The translations under genes and the position numbers were made by a program. DNA of 49,270 bases from an uncultured Myxococcales bacterium. Its GTDB lineage: Bacteria; Myxococcota_A; Polyangia; Fen-1088. Position 1 is the stretch's first letter, and every line of letters starts with the position of its first letter. The notes below the pieces were generated by a model. The model did not search any database, was not told the DNA's origin, and worked only from the letters and a program-made list of their open reading frames with translations. Shown in pieces: positions 44,918-49,270 of this stretch. Location of the stretch: assembly GCA_964618005.1 (NCBI GenBank), contig CAZTZM010000071.1:1-49270 (forward strand). Direction: 5' to 3'.

Positions 44918-45167
44918 CGCGTCCTTCCCTCGTGCGTCCCGGGGCCTTCGTACCGGCGCGGAGAATCCGCCACGATATCGGGCGACGCCGAAGGTGCTCA
45001 CGACATGAATCAAGGCAACGCGGGGCTTGACCTGATCTCGACCCCGATGAGCTGCGTCGGGCTTCGGTTGCGCGCGACGCAGGCATGGTCATCTTGGAAG
45101 CTGTCAGTCAACGTCAATCGAGCTGGGTCAGAGGCGAGCTGGGTCGGACGGCGAAAGGGAGGGCGGG

Positions 45168-46196
45168 GTGGCTAAACGAAGTCTCGAGGGAAAGAGGGCG
45201 GTCGTAACAGGGGCTTCGAGCGGCATAGGGCGGGCGATCGTCCGAGCCTTCGCCAAGCAGGGCGCGAAGGTGGCTCTCCTCGCGCGAAACGTCGACGGAC
45301 TGGATGCGGCTGCAAAGGAGGTCCGGGAGCTGGGCTCGGAGGCTCTCGTCCTTCCGCTCGACGTCGCCGACGCGGCGGCGGTCGACGCTGCCGCCGATCG
45401 GGTCGTGAAGGAATGGGGCGAGATCGACATCTGGGTCAACGACGCCATGGTGTCGGTGTTCTCGCCGATTCGCGAGATGACCGCCCAGGAGTTTCGCCGG
45501 GTCACGGAGGTCTGCTACCTCGGGTACGTCCACGGGACGCTGGCGGCGCTGCGGCACATGCGGCCGCGTGACAGGGGCCTCATCATTCAGGTCGGTTCTG
45601 CCCTCGCTTACCGCTCGATTCCGCTTCAGAGCGCCTACTGCGCGTCGAAGGCCGCGATCCGCGGGTTTACCGACTCGCTTCGAAGTGAGCTCATCCACGA
45701 CCGCAGCAAGGTCGCCGTGACGATGCTTCAGCTCCCGGCCGTGAATACGCCGCAGTTCGATGTCGTGCGAAACAAGCTTCCGGAGCATCCGCAGCCGGTG
45801 CCGCCGATCTACCAACCCGAGGTGGTCGCACGAGCCGCCCTGCACGCGGCGCTTCACCCGAAGCGCGAGGTCTGGATCGGGTGGAGCGCGACCAAGGCCA
45901 TCATCGGGCAGCGGCTGATCCCGGGAGTGCTCGATCGGTATCTGGCAAAACGGGCGTGGACCGCTCAGGAGACGGATCAGCTTCCGCCTGGACATCCGCT
46001 GAAGCATCACAGAGACAACGTGGACCAGCCGCTTCCGGGCGATCGCGGCGCCCACGGCGTCTTCGACGCCAGGGCTCGCAGCATGAGCACGAAGATGTGG
46101 TTACGCAGGCACACGGGCCGGCTCGCCCTCGCCGGTGGCGTATTTGCCGCCGCGCTTCTCTGGTGGCGACATGGGGGCCTGGCCACGACGAGATGA
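45168..46196 (+). CDS. Short-chain dehydrogenase/reductase with C-terminal membrane anchor
   Basis: GTG start preceded by GGGAGGG. TGASSGIGRA cofactor motif and catalytic YCASKAA. C-terminal TM LALAGGVFAAALLWW. Confidence 0.88.
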   Translation: MAKRSLEGKRAVVTGASSGIGRAIVRAFAKQGAKVALLARNVDGLDAAAKEVRELGSEALVLPLDVADAAAVDAAADRVVKEWGEIDIWVNDAMVSVFSPIREMTAQEFRRVTEVCYLGYVHGTLAALRHMRPRDRGLIIQVGSALAYRSIPLQSAYCASKAAIRGFTDSLRSELIHDRSKVAVTMLQLPAVNTPQFDVVRNKLPEHPQPVPPIYQPEVVARAALHAALHPKREVWIGWSATKAIIGQRLIPGVLDRYLAKRAWTAQETDQLPPGHPLKHHRDNVDQPLPGDRGAHGVFDARARSMSTKMWLRRHTGRLALAGGVFAAALLWWRHGGLATTR

Positions 46197-46402
46197 ATTG
46201 ACGGCCGGCCATTGAAGCACGGCGTTGAATCTCATCGAGCTCCAGATCCTGAACCGGCACCCGTTCGAGTTGGTCAACATTCAACAGATCGAAGGCGGCG
46301 CGACGTTTCGGAGTAACGAGAATCCCTCCGGACAGTGCTGAAGAAGTCGCGTGAGTAGACTCGAGTCACTTCGATCGGGAGGCGTCGCGTCCTGCCTGAA
46401 CG

Positions 46403-46666
46403 TCAGCCCTTCCTGCTGGGGCGGTTCTTGTCCACGATGCCCCCGATGAGGAGGACGAAGGCCAGGAGCCGGACCAGGTAGAAGTAATGTTGGCTCTCTG
46501 TGCGCACATTGCAGACGCCGAGCAGAAGCCAATTGATTCCCAAGATGGCGAAGGCAGCGCTGAAGACGCCAAACAGGCGGTCTCGGGTCGTGCGCCAGAA
46601 CCCCAGGAAGAACGTGGCAATCACCCAACTCGCCATCGTGAGGGCCCCCCAGATGAACTGATGCAT
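46403..46666 (-). CDS. DUF5985-like small 3-TM membrane protein (copy 2)
   Basis: 87 aa, MHQFIWGALTMASWVIATFFLGFWRTTRDRLFGVFSAAFAILGINWLLLGV...LLAFVLLIGGIVDKN. Same length and topology as the upstream paralog. ATG 46666 lies 2 nt after that gene's stop. Confidence 0.65.
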   Translation of the reverse strand: MHQFIWGALTMASWVIATFFLGFWRTTRDRLFGVFSAAFAILGINWLLLGVCNVRTESQHYFYLVRLLAFVLLIGGIVDKNRPSRKG

Positions 46667-46668
46667 GC

Positions 46669-46932
46669 TCAAGCACTCCTGTCCCAGATGAGCCCGAACA
46701 ACATGACGACGACGGCCAGGAGGGCGGCGGCGTTGCGGGCCGGCTGAAGATCGATGGTCGGCACCACGACCAGATCGACGAATAGCAGGACATTGTTCAG
46801 CGCGAGCCCGATGAAGCAGAGGCTGCTCCAGAAGAGCAGTCGCGCACGCTGGAGCCGATACGCCCGAAGGAGCAGGACGGCACAGGCGATCGAGGTCAGT
46901 GCGCAAAGGATGTAGACGCCGGCGGCCATCAT
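46669..46932 (-). CDS. DUF5985-like small 3-TM membrane protein (copy 1)
   Basis: 87 aa, MMAAGVYILCALTSIACAVLLLRAYRLQRARLLFWSSLCFIGLALNNVLLFVDLVVVP...VVVMLFGLIWD, matching my recollection of DUF5985 family proteins. ATGA overlap with the wHTH gene at 46929-46932. Confidence 0.7.
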   Translation of the reverse strand: MMAAGVYILCALTSIACAVLLLRAYRLQRARLLFWSSLCFIGLALNNVLLFVDLVVVPTIDLQPARNAAALLAVVVMLFGLIWDRSA

Positions 46933-47408
46933 CCATCTCCCTTCTTTATCCGAAACGCTTCGGCAAAGGCGTGGGCAGCGCCAGCTGCCGGCGCGTAGAT
47001 TTGACTGATGACGGCAACCCTGCGCTCTTGATAGTAGTGAAGCAAGGTTCGAACCTGCCCGTCCACTCGCTCCGACTCGGGGTGGTATCGATAGATGGGG
47101 GGAGCGGAGCTGTCCGGTGCCGTCAGCCCGGCGGCCTGCAGGAGTAGGAGACGGGAGTGGACCGAATTCGCGTTCGTGCGAAGCTCACGCGCGAGCTCCG
47201 AGGCTGACCACGGTCGAGCGGGATCCTCGACGAGGAGACGCAAAATCTCGAGCTGCTCGAGCGTATGAATGTGTCGCTCCACGAAGCGACAGACATCCTC
47301 GGGAAGCGAATTCGCCAACCGACTCAGAGTGCGGCCATCGGGGAGCGAGTCAAGACATACCCAGATGATTGCGATCGCGCACCCGTCGTCGAACCGCGGG
47401 ACCGTCAT
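46929..47408 (-). CDS. Winged helix-turn-helix (ArsR/MarR-like) transcriptional regulator
   Basis: HTLEQLEILRLLVEDPARPWSASELARELRTNANSVHSRLLLLQAAGLT is a classic wHTH recognition unit. Translationally coupled to the two small membrane protein genes. Confidence 0.65.
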   Translation of the reverse strand: MTVPRFDDGCAIAIIWVCLDSLPDGRTLSRLANSLPEDVCRFVERHIHTLEQLEILRLLVEDPARPWSASELARELRTNANSVHSRLLLLQAAGLTAPDSSAPPIYRYHPESERVDGQVRTLLHYYQERRVAVISQIYAPAAGAAHAFAEAFRIKKGDG

Positions 47409-47642
47409 CGGGGCTAACCCGGACGGACCTAATGACCGTCAGAGAACCACCCGCTCCGCCCGTTGACCGACAGATTTATCGGCACCTGCTCGATGAGAAT
47501 CGAACCGCGTTGGTCCACCCCGGAGAAGTCCGACCGCATCATTCCTCACGCGCGCGAAGAGTTGAAGATCCTTCGCCCGGGCGTCCGCCCATCCACCGCG
47601 TACCGCTCCGGGGCGTGCCTGTCCACGTCTCCCCTATCGGTT

Positions 47643-47658
47643 TGGCCTGAACCTTGCG
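47643..47658 (+). promoter_or_regulatory. Candidate sigma54 (-24/-12) promoter upstream of the STAS gene
   Basis: TGGCCTG-AACC-TTGCG matches TGGCACG-N4-TTGCW with exact spacing and an intact TTGC. The -12 GC lies 55 nt before ATG 47712. Confidence 0.4.
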
Positions 47659-47711
47659 TACTTCGGGTGGCGTAACCAGTCTTCACGACCGGCCAGGCCC
47701 GGGAGGATCAG

Positions 47712-48095
47712 ATGCCGGGCGTAAATGTGCGGTCGGCGAAGTCCACAGCGTCGGGGAGCTGCGCCATCGAGCCATCGCTTATGACCTTTTCGATCGTCAA
47801 TTCCGATTCAGGCGTCACGCGCGTCGCGATGAACGGCTGCCTCGACGTGGGCGTGATCGGCCTCTTCCGTCGGGAGCTGTCGAATCTGCTGCGCCTTCAC
47901 CCTGCGCTGGTCGAGGTCGACGTGTCTGGCTTGCGCCTCAACGACAGCCCAGGCCTTGAGCGGCTGCTGTCGTTCTTCAAGGACCTGTCGGAGCAGGGAG
48001 CTCAAATCGTCTTGCACGGCCTTCGCCGTCATCCAAGGGGGAGATTCGACGTAGTCGAGGTGAGGTCCGCTGCGCCTTCGGGTTCGGCCAACTAG
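47712..48095 (+). CDS. STAS-domain protein (anti-sigma-factor antagonist family)
   Basis: GGGAGGA 4 nt before the ATG. VDVSGLRLNDSPGLERLLSFFKDL carries the conserved DS.G phosphorylatable-Ser motif. An internal ATG at 47781 is an alternative start. Confidence 0.7.
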   Translation: MPGVNVRSAKSTASGSCAIEPSLMTFSIVNSDSGVTRVAMNGCLDVGVIGLFRRELSNLLRLHPALVEVDVSGLRLNDSPGLERLLSFFKDLSEQGAQIVLHGLRRHPRGRFDVVEVRSAAPSGSAN

Positions 48096-48123
48096 AAGGA
48101 CCGTCTTCGACCGCATCGAGACG

Positions 48124-48399
48124 ATGACAAAGACGACGGACACGACCGAGCTGGCCGACGACGGTGTCGATCAGGCACGTGGCGCCATGTCGTTCGAGAG
48201 GCCCGAGGGGCAACGGACGCGGGTGCACGCTGCGGCCGGTCGGACCCGCCGGCCGGCGACGGGCCGGTCATTTCTCACCATGATGGTCCTGGTCCTGGCC
48301 GCGACGAGCGTCGCGCTGTACCTGGCCATGAGATCTCCTTCAGACCGCGCCGATCATTCGGCGGCGGAGAAGCTGGGAGGTCGGCATGCAGCACCGTGA
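48124..48399 (+). CDS. Hypothetical single-TM protein
   Basis: 91 aa, G/C3-biased codons, one TM (FLTMMVLVLAATSVALYLAM). Starts 28 nt after the STAS stop. No family recognised. Confidence 0.35.
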   Translation: MTKTTDTTELADDGVDQARGAMSFERPEGQRTRVHAAAGRTRRPATGRSFLTMMVLVLAATSVALYLAMRSPSDRADHSAAEKLGGRHAAP

Positions 48400-48534
48400 G
48401 CTCTTCGCGGCGTAACCTCGGGGTTCGCCATCGGGCGGGTTGCCGGTGAGGCGAGCCCGTTTCGCGATCTCGGCGCCCAGGCTTCGGGCCAAGTAGGTGC
48501 GCCGGCCCAGACGATGCAACCGCCCGGGCCGACG

Positions 48535-48560
48535 CAACAAAACGCTCGTAGCCGGAGCGC
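48535..48560 (-). terminator. Candidate intrinsic terminator of the small-peptide gene
   Basis: The minus strand reads GCGCTC-cggctac-GAGCG followed by TTTTGTTG, starting about 10 nt after the stop at 48570. The stem is only 5-6 bp. Confidence 0.35.
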
Positions 48561-48569
48561 AAGAAAGAG

Positions 48570-48737
48570 CTATTCGGCCTTCTTCGTGTCGGTGTCGGCG
48601 GCCTTCTTGCTCTTCTTGCTCTTCTTGGCCTTCTTCGCGGGCGCGTCCGCGGGCGGCGCATCCGCGGCGCTGGCGATGGTCCATGAGGTCGGCAGGAAAA
48701 CGGCGAGCGCGAGGAAGATGATCCGGGTGAGCTTCAT
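48570..48737 (-). CDS. Small secreted Lys-rich peptide (55-aa precursor)
   Basis: AAGGAGA 7 nt before ATG 48737. MKLTRIIFLALAVFLPTSWTIASA / ADAPPADAPAKKAKKSKKSKKAADTDTKKAE, i.e. a signal peptide with an AxA site and a ~31-aa charged mature part. Flanked by a promoter-like and a terminator-like element. Confidence 0.6.
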   Translation of the reverse strand: MKLTRIIFLALAVFLPTSWTIASAADAPPADAPAKKAKKSKKSKKAADTDTKKAE

Positions 48738-48792
48738 TGACTGTCTCCTTTTTGTGGGAACGCTCCAAATATCTGGACGCTCGGACAATCAA

Positions 48793-48808
48793 GGCATGGA
48801 ACGTGCCA
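48793..48808 (-). promoter_or_regulatory. Candidate sigma54 (-24/-12) promoter of the small-peptide gene
   Basis: The minus strand reads TGGCACG-TTCC-ATGCC: a perfect -24 element, correct spacing, and -12 ATGC versus TTGC. The predicted transcript start is about 45 nt upstream of ATG 48737. Confidence 0.5.
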
Positions 48809-48894
48809 GCTGCGGGATCCCCCAAAAGAGCCAGACATCTCGGGCGACTAAGGCCCATCCCTGTGGCGGATATGGATGTCAAAGTGAGCACAGC

Positions 48895-48917
48895 GTGTAG
48901 AGGCGTGCCTCATACAC
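48895..48917. promoter_or_regulatory. Dyad-symmetric element, possible enhancer-binding-protein site
   Basis: GTGTA-GAGGC-gt-GCCTC-a-TACAC gives 10 of 11 arm positions paired with one extra base. It is centred about 100 nt upstream of the -24 element, the usual position of sigma54 activator sites. Confidence 0.25.
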
Positions 48918-49270
48918 GGCTGTACGTAGTGTCGTGGCTCCACCGCCGGTGATGCGTGACGCCCGACGCCGGCAACCACACGCAAGCAGAGAGATCCGAC
49001 ACCGCTCGCGGGCGGCGGCCGTGAGCTGGCGGTTCAGGTAGCTGGGTGGTCGATGAATCGCGTCGGCTAAGAGGTCGGGCCACTCAAGCGTGATCTCCGC
49101 GACGGGAATTTGGCGGTGGTCGACGTTCACGGCCAGCGCCGCAGCGGAAAAGAAATGAACGGTCTGGAAGGCTCCGCCAAAACCTGTGACGGCTTGAATT
49201 CCCTCCCGCGGCCTTTGGACGTTCGTCTGCGCGCCAGCGCGCTTGGCATGACCTTGGCAAGTTCAGGAAA

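Noticed and set aside
39978-45092. 1704-aa ORF that would fuse the TPP-enzyme region and the FAD/Fe-S oxidase into one giant protein
   Set aside because: Upstream of ~43049 its translation is Arg/Pro/Gly-rich nonsense that overlaps, out of frame, the well-supported PoxB-like gene (43121..44917). It is an open-frame artefact of high GC.
45901-46284. 127-aa minus-strand ORF overlapping the 3' end of the SDR gene
   Set aside because: Mostly antisense to a well-supported SDR gene. The non-overlapping N-terminal 29 codons lie in low-GC intergenic DNA without a ribosome-binding site.
46358-46367. Perfect 10-bp palindrome GACTCGAGTC between the convergent SDR and DUF5985-like genes
   Set aside because: Palindromes of this length are expected dozens of times by chance in 49 kb. 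There is no loop for a terminator hairpin and no T-tract.
47497-47506. GAATCGAACC, the reverse complement of a tRNA T-loop-like GGTTCGATTC, which could hint at a minus-strand tRNA or an att-site remnant
   Set aside because: The flanking bases do not form a T-stem or an acceptor stem, and no cloverleaf can be drawn.
48879-49130. 83-aa minus-strand ORF (GTG start) at the right edge, possibly a toxin, transposase or other gene fragment
   Set aside because: No recognisable motif, an Arg/Cys-rich C-terminal half, and a stop codon just upstream so it cannot continue beyond the window. It overlaps the proposed regulatory dyad region. At most it is a decayed gene remnant.

Overview
GC-rich bacterial chromosomal window. 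Third codon positions are almost all G/C; I did not compute an exact GC value. About 50 genes are supportable. I saw no rRNA, tRNA or CRISPR array. Many long ORFs in the track are antisense or out-of-frame shadows of real genes.

Layout, left to right:
(1) A 5'-partial Gly/Thr-rich secreted repeat protein with a Cys-rich C-terminal domain, followed by an IS3-family transposase relic.
(2) phoU-pstS-pstC-pstA-pstB.
(3) A ten-gene minus-strand block: a MoxR / DUF58 / DUF4381 / BatA / BatB-BatC fusion / BatD / BatE-like aerotolerance-type operon. After only 26 nt it is followed by an OmpR-family response regulator and a HAMP sensor kinase.
(4) A ~670-nt gene-poor spacer, then an orphan PAS-GAF histidine kinase.
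(5) A CBS-containing M50 protease, a small membrane protein, a CBS-containing ClC channel and a secreted hypothetical protein.
(6) A 13-gene, ~13.2-kb respiratory operon (36818->23597, minus strand). It encodes Alternative Complex III, an SCO copper chaperone and a caa3-type cytochrome c oxidase. Its order is non-canonical: actA-actB-actD-actE-orf127-sco-coxB-coxA-coxC-coxD-orf116-actC-actF.
(7) A stress-type cluster: GlsB/YeaQ/YmgE-like, DUF4142 and a membrane protein.
(8) A sensory-rhodopsin-transducer (ASRT) homolog divergent from an enolase-superfamily enzyme.
(9) A PoxB-like thiamine pyrophosphate (TPP) enzyme, a YdiJ-like FAD/Fe-S oxidase and a divergent short-chain dehydrogenase (SDR).
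(10) A lower-GC, accessory-looking right end: a winged-helix regulator with two tandem DUF5985-like mini membrane proteins, a STAS protein, and a compact sigma54-type module driving a 55-codon Lys-rich secreted peptide.

Three good -24/-12 (sigma54-type) promoter matches sit in intergenic DNA, each facing a downstream gene.

The gene content fits Myxococcota or a similar GC-rich Gram-negative lineage: ACIII plus caa3, a Bat operon, Gly-rich/Cys-rich secreted proteins and sigma54 promoters. This lineage guess is inference only.

Most noteworthy:
- the split ACIII/oxidase operon with two unassigned small membrane proteins
- the sigma54-driven small-peptide module
- the wHTH plus 2x DUF5985-like cassette
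- the rhodopsin-less ASRT homolog
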